Below are positions 37,710 to 45,604 of a stretch of 64,000 nt of DNA, piece by piece; position 1 is the stretch's first letter, and each line of letters opens with the position of its first letter. The notes beneath the pieces were generated by a model. The model did no database searches. It worked only from the letters and a program-made list of their open reading frames with translations, and was not told the DNA's origin. The stretch is from a virus: the IMG/VR virus record IMGVR_UViG_3300045988_138996, positions 165,775-229,774 of that record. One strand, 5' to 3'. Both the position numbers and the translations under genes were made by a program.

Positions 37710-37739
37710 AAAAAAAGACCCCGAATTAATTTCGAGGTC
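37710..37739 (-). terminator. Minus-strand rho-independent terminator
   Basis: On the - strand: gacctcgaa-atta-ttcggggtc with a T-G wobble (a C-A mismatch on +), then T7. Confidence 0.6.
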
Positions 37740-37762
37740 GTTATATATTGTTTACTAAAAGC

Positions 37763-37791
37763 GATGAACTACGTTCATCGGTATATTACTC
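37763..37791. promoter_or_regulatory. Class B element 1: 7-bp hairpin plus GGTATATTACTC
   Basis: gatgaac-tac-gttcatc followed by GGTATATTACTC (37780-37791). Confidence 0.65.
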
Positions 37792-37839
37792 ATGTTTAAG
37801 TATAAGTTATTAATAATTTAAAAAAATAATTCAGAAAAT

Positions 37840-37859
37840 AAAAAAGACCCCGAAGGGCC
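37840..37859 (-). terminator. Minus-strand terminator with a UUCG loop
   Basis: On the - strand: ggccc-ttcg-gggtc with a G-T wobble (an A-C mismatch on +), then T6. Confidence 0.6.
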
Positions 37860-37935
37860 ATTTTTATATAAGTATTTTTTTAATATTCAAAGCGGTGCGA
37901 AGCGAAGCGTAGCAAACCGTGGAGCGTAGCGGAAC

Positions 37936-37964
37936 GGTGAACTGCGTTCACCGGTATATTACTC
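37936..37964. promoter_or_regulatory. Class B element 2: 7-bp hairpin plus GGTATATTACTC
   Basis: ggtgaac-tgc-gttcacc followed by GGTATATTACTC (37953-37964). Confidence 0.65.
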
Positions 37965-38097
37965 TGTTTAGATACGTCGTTAATCAAAAATAAAAAAATA
38001 TTTTTTATTTAATTCTATTATATATATAACAAGCAATAAAAAAAACAGCCTCAGATTTTTATGACCTGGACTGTTTTGTGTGTGTAAAAACGGAAGC

Positions 38098-38128
38098 GGT
38101 GTAACGTAGTTACACCGGTATATTACTC
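38098..38128. promoter_or_regulatory. Class B element 3: 8-bp hairpin plus GGTATATTACTC
   Basis: ggtgtaac-gta-gttacacc followed by GGTATATTACTC (38117-38128). Confidence 0.65.
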
Positions 38129-38234
38129 AAGTTAGGTATATCATTAATCAATTTTGTAAAAATAATTAAATATTCATTATTAATGCATAAAGTAAGACAG
38201 GGGTATTTTTAAGTTAAAAAAATAGAAAAAATTA

Positions 38235-38259
38235 AAGTCAGATAATATCTGGCTTTTTT
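38235..38259 (+). terminator. Plus-strand rho-independent terminator in the ORF-free region
   Basis: gtcagat-aat-atctggc with a T-G wobble that works only on +, then T7. Confidence 0.55.
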
Positions 38260-38695
38260 TAATTTTAATGTCTGGTTTAGTATATATAGGAAACAATAAA
38301 ACATAATATACAGAATATGTATATTTATGAATACGAGCTTTTTTCAAAAGCGTTCGCCTACCATAGCTTACTCCGAAAAGTTTAAATGAAACGTCGTAAG
38401 CGTACTAGTGACGCGGGTTTTTAATAATTTTATATTTTAAAATTATGTAGGGTTAGGAACGAGGTATATAAAAATTGCTCCCTTAATAGTTCTTATTTAT
38501 CTCTTATATATACTATATATATAATATAAAAGGATTATTTTTTTATATAGTCCGCCGTCTCCTCACGAGCGCCAACCTGAGTTATATTTAGCTATATATA
38601 TAGGTATTGCTATAGCTTTATTTAGCTCTGTATATACGGCTAGACCTATTTAAAACATCTTACCTGTATAGGTAGCTCCCTTGGGGGGTGGGGGG

Positions 38696-38984
38696 AGTCC
38701 GCAACACTCTCAAGTTTGTTATTTTTAAGTAAAAACTAGTAAAAATTGTTTATGGCTATTAAAACGATTAAGAGTTGGTAACACTCTGTATTTGCTGTTA
38801 ATTAACTAAAAATGGCTGTTTTTATATATACAGCTATTAAAATCATTTTAAGTCCGCAACACTCATAATGTCTCCCTTTTTACACAAAAACAGCTTATTT
38901 TGCAATAACTAAGTTTCGTATTTTTGCAGTATTTTATAATATTTTAGTTTATGACTATTAATATCTATTAAGTCCACAACATTC
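38696..38984 (+). repeat. Four iteron-like 14-mers (AGTCCGCAACACTC family)
   Basis: 38696-38709 agtccgcaacactc; 38773-38786 agttggtaacactc; 38851-38864 agtccgcaacactc; 38971-38984 agtccacaacattc. The last three are preceded by a CTATTAA-N-ATT-AAG context. Confidence 0.65.
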
Positions 38985-39029
38985 ATAAAAACGTCTTAAA
39001 TAGTTAAAAACAATATATTTTCATATTAA

Positions 39030-39057
39030 ATGTATTTGGTCATATGTATTTGGTCAT
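39030..39057 (+). repeat. Perfect tandem duplication of a 14-mer
   Basis: atgtatttggtcat x2 (39030-39043 and 39044-39057), bordering an extremely AT-rich tract (39058 to about 39340). Confidence 0.8.
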
Positions 39058-39490
39058 ATAATATATTTAATTAATATAGTGTATTGCTATATATATCATT
39101 AATCTGTTATAGCAACTTTATTAGTATTTAATAGCTATATATAGTCATATATATAGTTTATTGTTATATTATATATATGGTTTAATATATATTGTCATAT
39201 ATATGTATATAGTTAACGTATTATATTATAGTTTATCATTAGTATAGTATTAACAGTTATATTAGTATTTAGTATTATGTTATTAGTAGTATTAGTGTTA
39301 TTATATATATAGTAAGAGTAATAATAAAGAGAAACTATTAAATGAAAAGATGCGGGCGATTTTGTATATTGTTTTTTATATCAATCTAATGAATTGCCGC
39401 ATTTGATTTTTATATGTATGATATATTTATCAGCATATGATTAATAACTGTATATGGTTTTATATATATAAGGCTAATGTCATTAAGTAC

Positions 39491-39508
39491 GTGCTCCGCA
39501 CCGAAATC
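39491..39508 (+). promoter_or_regulatory. Class A hairpin-GAAATC motif, copy f
   Basis: gtgc-TCC-gcac then c-GAAATC. 46 nt before ATG 39554, at the head of the small-gene array. Confidence 0.7.
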
Positions 39509-39553
39509 TCCCGTAGTCCTTTTTTATTATATAGGAATTAATGAGCGTAGAGA

Positions 39554-39754
39554 ATGAATCAATATTTAGTCGATGCTATTGTCGATCATGATGATTGGAT
39601 ACGGTATATTAGACCAAGGAAGATGTGTTATTCTGACGATATAAGCGAGAAATATAACCTAGATAATATAATCGTAGCATATAGCAGGAATTATTATAAA
39701 TATAGTGCCGAATTATATTTACAGTATTTAATGTATTTAATGGTAATAGAATGA
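39554..39754 (+). CDS. Small protein, Tyr-rich C-terminal helix family B
   Basis: First ORF after class A motif f. Ends YSAELYLQYLMYLMVIE. Confidence 0.6.
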   Translation: MNQYLVDAIVDHDDWIRYIRPRKMCYSDDISEKYNLDNIIVAYSRNYYKYSAELYLQYLMYLMVIE

Positions 39755-39755
39755 T

Positions 39756-39968
39756 ATGAATAAATTAAAGCTTTTTGAAAAAATAATGTATAGCTTTTTT
39801 AATATAATTAATAAAGACAATAAATATGAAAAATATTATAGCATTAATAATAATAATGGTTATGATATTCTTAAAAAACATTTTATTTATGTCTATGAAA
39901 ATGAAAAATATAATGCCAACGTATACTATTATTACTATATATGGTTAATTATATTGGTAAAAATATGA
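39756..39968 (+). CDS. Small protein, family B
   Basis: Ends YNANVYYYYYIWLIILVKI. Confidence 0.65.
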   Translation: MNKLKLFEKIMYSFFNIINKDNKYEKYYSINNNNGYDILKKHFIYVYENEKYNANVYYYYYIWLIILVKI

Positions 39969-40165
39969 ATAAGAATGAATTAATCGATAATATTATCGAC
40001 GCAGCCTGGATAATAAAAACAAAATATCCAAAATATATGCCGTCTAGAAATTTTCATATAGTCGACGTTGTTACAAGAATTACTGTATATAGTAATGGTA
40101 GTCAAGAAATTAACGGCATGATATATTATAGTTATTGGTTAGTGTTAGGGTGTTTATATGAATAG
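39965..40165 (+). CDS. Small protein, family B
   Basis: ATGA overlap with the upstream stop. Ends INGMIYYSYWLVLGCLYE. Confidence 0.65.
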   Translation: MNKNELIDNIIDAAWIIKTKYPKYMPSRNFHIVDVVTRITVYSNGSQEINGMIYYSYWLVLGCLYE

Positions 40166-40367
40166 TGATGTACCATTTATTATTACTGTTAAAGCATCTA
40201 ATATATATGATGATAATGATAGATATAGTCTTATTAATAATCTTAAAGATAAAGAGCTAATAAATTATATAACAAAGCCAATAGTATTTATAAATAGTCT
40301 TGGCGGCGCATATACTGCTAGGTTATATTATAATTACTATATATATCTATGTGTATTTAGGATATAA
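40158..40367 (+). CDS. Small protein, family B
   Basis: Ends YTARLYYNYYIYLCVFRI. Confidence 0.65.
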   Translation: MNSDVPFIITVKASNIYDDNDRYSLINNLKDKELINYITKPIVFINSLGGAYTARLYYNYYIYLCVFRI

Positions 40368-40369
40368 AT

Positions 40370-40537
40370 ATGAATCAAGAATTGTATCACGCAATAGAAA
40401 GATATATACATAATATAGAATGGTATAGTGTTTTCGATATATATTTAATACATTTAAATCTTAATATCGATATATATCGTTATGGAACGAATGTACTTTT
40501 ATATAAATATTATTTGTATATAATGATCGAGATCTAA
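40370..40537 (+). CDS. Small protein (55 aa), family B, below the ORF-track cutoff
   Basis: Read by hand: MNQELYHAIERYIHNIEWYSVFDIYLIHLNLNIDIYRYGTNVLLYKYYLYIMIEI; stop at 40535-40537. Confidence 0.55.
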   Translation: MNQELYHAIERYIHNIEWYSVFDIYLIHLNLNIDIYRYGTNVLLYKYYLYIMIEI

Positions 40538-40549
40538 TAAGGATAATAT

Positions 40550-40744
40550 ATGGGTATAAAATTGATCTTAGAAGATATTCAAGATAATATGTCGTGCGGT
40601 TATTGTTATCCTAGAAAAATTATAAGTCATTATTATATTCATAATAATCTTATGATTACCGTAGGCGATAATATATTTTATTATGCCGGCGATTATAAAT
40701 ATTATTATTTTTATATATGGTTAATGACATATGGGGTCTTATAA
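40550..40744 (+). CDS. Small protein, family B
   Basis: aagga SD. Ends GDYKYYYFYIWLMTYGVL. Confidence 0.65.
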   Translation: MGIKLILEDIQDNMSCGYCYPRKIISHYYIHNNLMITVGDNIFYYAGDYKYYYFYIWLMTYGVL

Positions 40745-40956
40745 TGAAACATAAAATAACATTTTCTAAATTTAAAGGATTTAATCGCATCGTCGAACTA
40801 GAAAACTTACAAGATGCTATCAATGACTTTATTAGACAAAATAAAGGTCTTAAAGTATGTAATGTTTGTTATAAAGACGATGCATTAATCGGACATATTA
40901 AAGATTTAGACGATTTTGACTACGGTATGATCATTATTAAAGAAGTAGTATCATGA
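40744..40956 (+). CDS. Small hypothetical protein
   Basis: TAATG overlap. MKHKITFSKF...; lacks the Tyr-rich tail. Confidence 0.55.
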   Translation: MKHKITFSKFKGFNRIVELENLQDAINDFIRQNKGLKVCNVCYKDDALIGHIKDLDDFDYGMIIIKEVVS

Positions 40957-41138
40957 TTAAAATAACAAATGAAAAATTATCTGACGCTATTTTTAAATAT
41001 GATTATTATGATCCTGATGATCTTATTCAATATTTAACGTGTGAAAATTTCGAAGAAAAATATCATACATATATGTATACTAAAGGCGAATGTTATTACT
41101 ATTATTATCTATCATTAGGATTAATTTGTAATCTATAA
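40953..41138 (+). CDS. Small protein, family B
   Basis: ATGA overlap. Ends KGECYYYYYLSLGLICNL. Confidence 0.65.
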   Translation: MIKITNEKLSDAIFKYDYYDPDDLIQYLTCENFEEKYHTYMYTKGECYYYYYLSLGLICNL

Positions 41139-41197
41139 AAGCGAACATATATCCGCTTTTAAGAATTTATGCATTTTAATAATAATAATGGAATTTT

Positions 41198-41226
41198 TTG
41201 TAAAAAAAAGTATTTTATGGTATAAT
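41198..41226 (+). promoter_or_regulatory. Sigma-A/sigma-70-type promoter with an extended -10
   Basis: TTGTAA (41198-41203), 17-nt spacer ending in TGG, TATAAT (41221-41226). 14 nt upstream of ATG 41240. Confidence 0.6.
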
Positions 41227-41239
41227 AAAAGGTTATAAT

Positions 41240-41557
41240 ATGTTATATATACAATTGAATAAAGACGGAGCTGTCTTAGATATACTTAGGCAATTAAAAA
41301 GAAATTATGGAAAAATTTGTTTAAGCGGTGCTATTATCGATCACGTCGGTAATATCCCAGATCATTATAATAATTTTAATGTCGTTAAAATAATGCTTAC
41401 TTGTAGTTTATTAAAAGTATTAGGTAAAAAATATAGTGAATATCAAATGGTATTATATGAATATACTTTTAATATTAAAGATAATCGTATCAGTTATGAT
41501 AACGATACAGCCGGGAGTATTATTAAAGCATTAGTCGATATGATGATCGACGACTAA
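41240..41557 (+). CDS. Hypothetical protein
   Basis: aaaagg SD. First ORF after the sigma-A-like promoter. Confidence 0.6.
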   Translation: MLYIQLNKDGAVLDILRQLKRNYGKICLSGAIIDHVGNIPDHYNNFNVVKIMLTCSLLKVLGKKYSEYQMVLYEYTFNIKDNRISYDNDTAGSIIKALVDMMIDD

Positions 41558-41570
41558 TAAGGAGAATAAT

Positions 41571-41801
41571 ATGACTGAAAAAGAAGCAATTATTATCGAA
41601 GAAATTTACTTAATAGAAAATTCATTAAAAGAAAAAACATTAAATTATTTTCTAGACAAATATTATAATGGTAAAGCCTTAGAAAAATTACAACCATTCC
41701 AACGAGAAAAAATTTTAAAATGGATGCAATCGCGTGTTGAGGACGAAGAAATGAATGATGATCGTATTAGCAGCTGGGCTTTAGAACATGGATACTTCTA
41801 A
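41571..41801 (+). CDS. Hypothetical protein
   Basis: aaggaga SD. Confidence 0.65.
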   Translation: MTEKEAIIIEEIYLIENSLKEKTLNYFLDKYYNGKALEKLQPFQREKILKWMQSRVEDEEMNDDRISSWALEHGYF

Positions 41802-42036
41802 TCGCAACAAAAAGCTATTAGCAACTATATTAAATAAAACTTTAGATTTATATAGTATTCGTAAAAACCACAAATATTTTACTCAATCAAATTTTATTAT
41901 TGAAGATGTTCTTAGTAAGCATATAATATTTTTTGACGGCACAAATAAGTACAGTGGTCTTATATATTATCATTATTATATTTGTTTAAGTATAATGCCA
42001 GATTTAACAGAAGTTCCTGACTTGTTAGAAGAATAA
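41788..42036 (+). CDS. Small protein, family B with an acidic extension
   Basis: YSGLIYYHYYICLSIMPDLTEVPDLLEE. Confidence 0.6.
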   Translation: MDTSNRNKKLLATILNKTLDLYSIRKNHKYFTQSNFIIEDVLSKHIIFFDGTNKYSGLIYYHYYICLSIMPDLTEVPDLLEE

Positions 42037-42037
42037 T

Positions 42038-42256
42038 ATGGTAACTAATAAATTATTAGATAAAGTATTTCTCCCGTTACAAATAAGGATTAGCATCGAC
42101 ATATTTAATGAAGATCTTGAGCGTTTTTTGATGGAAGAAAATGCTAAAAAATTATTTCGTGTATATACTTTGACTAATAAGAATCAAAAATATGATGATT
42201 ATTATGGATATTATCTATATTTAATACTTTGTTCTGAAATAGAAAGAATATATTAA
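42038..42256 (+). CDS. Small protein, family B
   Basis: Ends DDYYGYYLYLILCSEIERIY. Confidence 0.6.
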   Translation: MVTNKLLDKVFLPLQIRISIDIFNEDLERFLMEENAKKLFRVYTLTNKNQKYDDYYGYYLYLILCSEIERIY

Positions 42257-42465
42257 TGAATAATAATTATTTAGATAGACTTATCGAATATATGACAATT
42301 CAAGCTCAAAGACGTTTTAATGTTAGAAATGTTAACTATGGATCATTATATAATTTAACGAATCCAAAAGTTGTGTTTGCATATAAAGTCTATCAAAATA
42401 AAGAAGGAGTGTCATATAGTGCCAACATATATTATTGGTATTATCTATGTTTAACAGTATTATGA
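42256..42465 (+). CDS. Small protein, family B
   Basis: TAATG overlap. Ends YSANIYYWYYLCLTVL. Confidence 0.65.
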   Translation: MNNNYLDRLIEYMTIQAQRRFNVRNVNYGSLYNLTNPKVVFAYKVYQNKEGVSYSANIYYWYYLCLTVL

Positions 42466-42746
42466 GTAAGAATTATGCTATCATATATTATATATACGAA
42501 GAAGAATTTAGATATGGTGTTATTCTTATCGATGATAATTATAACAATGCACTATATCGAGCATATTATGAACTATTAAATTCTTTTAAATCATACTATA
42601 TATCAGTAATAGAATCCAACGATCTAAATTATTTAGAAAATATGGAAATTGCATATGACGATCCTAGTTATTATGCTGGTGAGACTCAAAAAGCTATTGA
42701 AGAATGTAATATTACACAAATAATTAAGGATCTGAAATATGAGTAA
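42462..42746 (+). CDS. Hypothetical protein with an internal Tyr-rich helix (family B-related, long form)
   Basis: ATGA overlap. NALYRAYYELLNSF is followed by an acidic C-terminal domain. Confidence 0.55.
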   Translation: MSKNYAIIYYIYEEEFRYGVILIDDNYNNALYRAYYELLNSFKSYYISVIESNDLNYLENMEIAYDDPSYYAGETQKAIEECNITQIIKDLKYE

Positions 42747-42939
42747 CAGTTTATTACAATATAAGCTTATAGTATTTAATAAAATTAAAATAAGAGGTAA
42801 TTCTACATATATATATTTAGATCCTACTATTAATATTTCAAGAATATATAGTTTTTATATGAAAAATAGTCAGTATTATAAATTACATTATATATATTTA
42901 TATTGGATTAATTTAAATTTGGTTGATAAATATGACTGA
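42739..42939 (+). CDS. Small protein, family B
   Basis: Ends YYKLHYIYLYWINLNLVDKYD. Confidence 0.6.
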   Translation: MSNSLLQYKLIVFNKIKIRGNSTYIYLDPTINISRIYSFYMKNSQYYKLHYIYLYWINLNLVDKYD

Positions 42940-43117
42940 TAAAATAACAAAAGAATTAAATAAATTTGTTGATTCCGTATGCCAGAATAGATATAAAATT
43001 GAATATTTATATTTTAAATTGTCATCTATTCCATCATTTATGTTGCATAACCGAGGCAAGTATAAATATATATATTGGTATTACGTATATAAGTTAATGT
43101 TAATAACTAAGATATAA
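42932..43117 (+). CDS. Small protein, family B
   Basis: Start overlaps the upstream stop. Ends KYKYIYWYYVYKLMLITKI. Confidence 0.6.
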   Translation: MTDKITKELNKFVDSVCQNRYKIEYLYFKLSSIPSFMLHNRGKYKYIYWYYVYKLMLITKI

Positions 43118-43119
43118 TT

Positions 43120-43332
43120 ATGATAAATAAAAAAGTAGAAAAAATTTTACATATTTTTACAGAAGATATGTGTCATCGCGACGAAATAGAACCACACAGC
43201 GAACCATATTTAATGTTATATAATACAGACGTTATATTTGATTCACCTGATTGTCCACATTCACATTATTATTACTATAGTTATTATATTTATGTGTTAA
43301 TGGTTAAAGAAAGAGTGTTATATGAAATATAA
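43120..43332 (+). CDS. Small protein, family B
   Basis: Ends HSHYYYYSYYIYVLMVKERVLYEI. Confidence 0.65.
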   Translation: MINKKVEKILHIFTEDMCHRDEIEPHSEPYLMLYNTDVIFDSPDCPHSHYYYYSYYIYVLMVKERVLYEI

Positions 43333-43365
43333 AATACTATCATTAAAAATTTGTGGAAAAATAAA

Positions 43366-43701
43366 ATGATCGATCAACGAATAGTAAAAGAATATTTTAA
43401 TAGTAACGACTATGTCGTCGTAGAATATCATTTCGAAGGAGATAGGATACGTTGTAATATTGAAAAACGTTCTGGCGACACATATCTCAACAAACTATAT
43501 TGGGCTTATTATAATTTATTATCGTTAAGCCATATCAATCGTTATCGTTATTCTATTAATAGTATAGCTAATCTTAGATATTTACAAGTACGATTAAAAT
43601 ATGATGATGATACAACCGACGCTAAAGAAGAACTTAAAGAAGAAATTGTAGGCGAAGATATTATTAACGTACTACGTGAAGTACGTCGTGGTGAATTATG
43701 A
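43366..43701 (+). CDS. Hypothetical protein, family B-related long form
   Basis: ATG 43366 (the track start 43351 is TTG). NKLYWAYYNLLSLSH followed by an acidic tail. Confidence 0.55.
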   Translation: MIDQRIVKEYFNSNDYVVVEYHFEGDRIRCNIEKRSGDTYLNKLYWAYYNLLSLSHINRYRYSINSIANLRYLQVRLKYDDDTTDAKEELKEEIVGEDIINVLREVRRGEL

Positions 43702-43919
43702 TTAGTAAACAAAAAAGAGCTGTGTCGATAACAGATCGAGGCTCTCGTATATATGATCGCTTTGCAAAATATGATATTATATATAATCTTAAAATAATTA
43801 CTAGATTATCAGCAAAGTGCGCATATAAAGACGATGAATATAAGTTTAGTGCTTGTATATATTATAGTTATTATGTAATTTTGCACTTGCTTGATGAAAG
43901 ATATAAGAGGAGAGGATAA
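43698..43919 (+). CDS. Small protein, family B
   Basis: ATGA overlap. Ends FSACIYYSYYVILHLLDERYKRRG. Confidence 0.65.
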   Translation: MISKQKRAVSITDRGSRIYDRFAKYDIIYNLKIITRLSAKCAYKDDEYKFSACIYYSYYVILHLLDERYKRRG

Positions 43920-44179
43920 TGGCTTTTAATATTATTAAATATAATAAAACCAGAGATGACGTATATGTATATATACAAAAGATGCCGGGCATCTATAATA
44001 AAAAATTAAGTTTGTATTTTGCATATATGTATAGTATCTTCGACTTTAGATTTCGATATAGTATTTTTAGAAGTATCGATGTTCAGGATTATACTAATTT
44101 TAGAGCATTAGACAAAGATGCTAATCCTAAAGATACTGATATTTTAAATATATTAAAAAGTAAAAATTATGAAATATAA
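43919..44179 (+). CDS. Hypothetical protein, family B-related long form
   Basis: TAATG overlap. KKLSLYFAYMYSIFDF internal helix. Confidence 0.55.
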   Translation: MAFNIIKYNKTRDDVYVYIQKMPGIYNKKLSLYFAYMYSIFDFRFRYSIFRSIDVQDYTNFRALDKDANPKDTDILNILKSKNYEI

Positions 44180-44441
44180 AATCTTATTAAGAGAAACGCC
44201 AGTCGAAGAATATGCTCATGAATTATTCTACGATACTTTTAATAGTAATTTTAATAGCTCTTTATATGTAACATATTGGCTATTTATTTTATATCCAAAA
44301 AGTAGTGTATACTTAATTAGCATTCCTAAAATAAAATGGTTAACAGAACAAACGTTACCACATTATATATTCATGGAAGAGCTAGAAAAACATAATGTAT
44401 TAAGTATTATAGAAAGGAATAAAGATGAATCTGTTAAGTGA
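44169..44441 (+). CDS. Hypothetical protein, family B-related long form
   Basis: SSLYVTYWLFILYP internal helix. Confidence 0.55.
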   Translation: MKYKILLRETPVEEYAHELFYDTFNSNFNSSLYVTYWLFILYPKSSVYLISIPKIKWLTEQTLPHYIFMEELEKHNVLSIIERNKDESVK

Positions 44442-44796
44442 AACAGAACAAAAGCTTAAAGAACTTAATCTGACATTAGATGATATTCAGTTTGTTATGT
44501 GTACCGAATCTGAATACGGCAGCGATTATATATTTATGAACAAAGATACATTTGTTAAAAATGCTCGATCTGTTATCTATGACAATGGATACGGCTCTCA
44601 AGAAATCAAAAATAATCTTACAGTTTATACAAGAGATTATATTATTTACCGATTTGAATATGACGGCGCAGAATGCTGGAAATATGTTCCGACAATTACT
44701 GGTTTAGATCCATTTTTACAAGACGAAAAACGTTGGAAAGAATTTAAATTTGAATCGAAGGATTATTATAATAATGAAGAACAAATTCCGTTTTAA
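44425..44796 (+). CDS. Hypothetical protein
   Basis: aaagga SD. Confidence 0.6.
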   Translation: MNLLSETEQKLKELNLTLDDIQFVMCTESEYGSDYIFMNKDTFVKNARSVIYDNGYGSQEIKNNLTVYTRDYIIYRFEYDGAECWKYVPTITGLDPFLQDEKRWKEFKFESKDYYNNEEQIPF

Positions 44797-44941
44797 AATT
44801 AATAAATGGGTCAAACTTTCGATTCCGCCAGTATTAATTCCATATTATAAATGGGCAGTATTTGAAAAGCAGAACAAAATTGGTAAAAAGAATTTTAGAT
44901 TATACCACATTTATTTCTTTTCCTTAGAAAAATATTTATAA
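44774..44941 (+). CDS. Small basic protein, uncertain
   Basis: Fills an otherwise ~190-nt gap. No clear SD; the track's alternative start is 44750. Confidence 0.35.
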   Translation: MKNKFRFKINKWVKLSIPPVLIPYYKWAVFEKQNKIGKKNFRLYHIYFFSLEKYL

Positions 44942-44988
44942 TTATAATTAAGAGAAGAAATAATTGTGGATTTTTTTGTAGGAAAAAT

Positions 44989-45291
44989 ATGAGTGGTACG
45001 TATTTTATTACATCGTATGTAGTAAATAATCGAGGTAAGCTATCTCAATTTAAGACATATGAAATAAACAAAATGTTTTCTCATGCATTTTATTTAGCCT
45101 ATTATGGTTATATTAATTACATTTGTGAAAGATATAATATTTGTATGTATCCAGAAAAAGTAATAGGTCAACGTTATGATCTAACGTTTGAACAGATAGC
45201 TTCGATGTACGATGTTGTTCATTGTATTAAAAATAAAGAATATAGTAAAAAAATGAATTCTAAAAAACATAAGTGGTTGAAAATATTTTAG
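44989..45291 (+). CDS. Hypothetical protein, family B-related long form
   Basis: aggaaaaa SD. FSHAFYLAYYGYINYI internal helix. Confidence 0.55.
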   Translation: MSGTYFITSYVVNNRGKLSQFKTYEINKMFSHAFYLAYYGYINYICERYNICMYPEKVIGQRYDLTFEQIASMYDVVHCIKNKEYSKKMNSKKHKWLKIF

Positions 45292-45301
45292 GAGGTATAT
45301 T

Positions 45302-45604
45302 ATGGGTCATACATTAAAACACAACATCGAAGAAACTGGCCGCATCATTAACAGTATCGATATTAATCAATTTAATATTGATCGTCGTAACTATTATATC
45401 GAACAAGTAGAATTTACTGATCAAGGTATATTTCCGATGATTCATTTTGTTATTAGAAATGGTAAAACTAACGCAGTTGATCATCGGTGTGGTACTTTAC
45501 GAAAGATACCAAATGCCAATAAATATGAATATCATGACGGTACTGTTAAAATGTATGATGGATTAATCTGGGAATTTTTAGAAAAAGCAGGAATTATCAT
45601 ATGA
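45302..45604 (+). CDS. Hypothetical protein
   Basis: aggagg SD. Confidence 0.65.
   Translation: MGHTLKHNIEETGRIINSIDINQFNIDRRNYYIEQVEFTDQGIFPMIHFVIRNGKTNAVDHRCGTLRKIPNANKYEYHDGTVKMYDGLIWEFLEKAGIII

Noticed and set aside
35409-39553. tRNA gene cluster, which is common in large phages within such gaps
   Set aside because: I found no GGTTCGAATCC-type T-arms, no GTGGC/TAGCTCAG-type D-arm starts and no cloverleaf-sized set of four stems. The hairpins present are simple and isolated.
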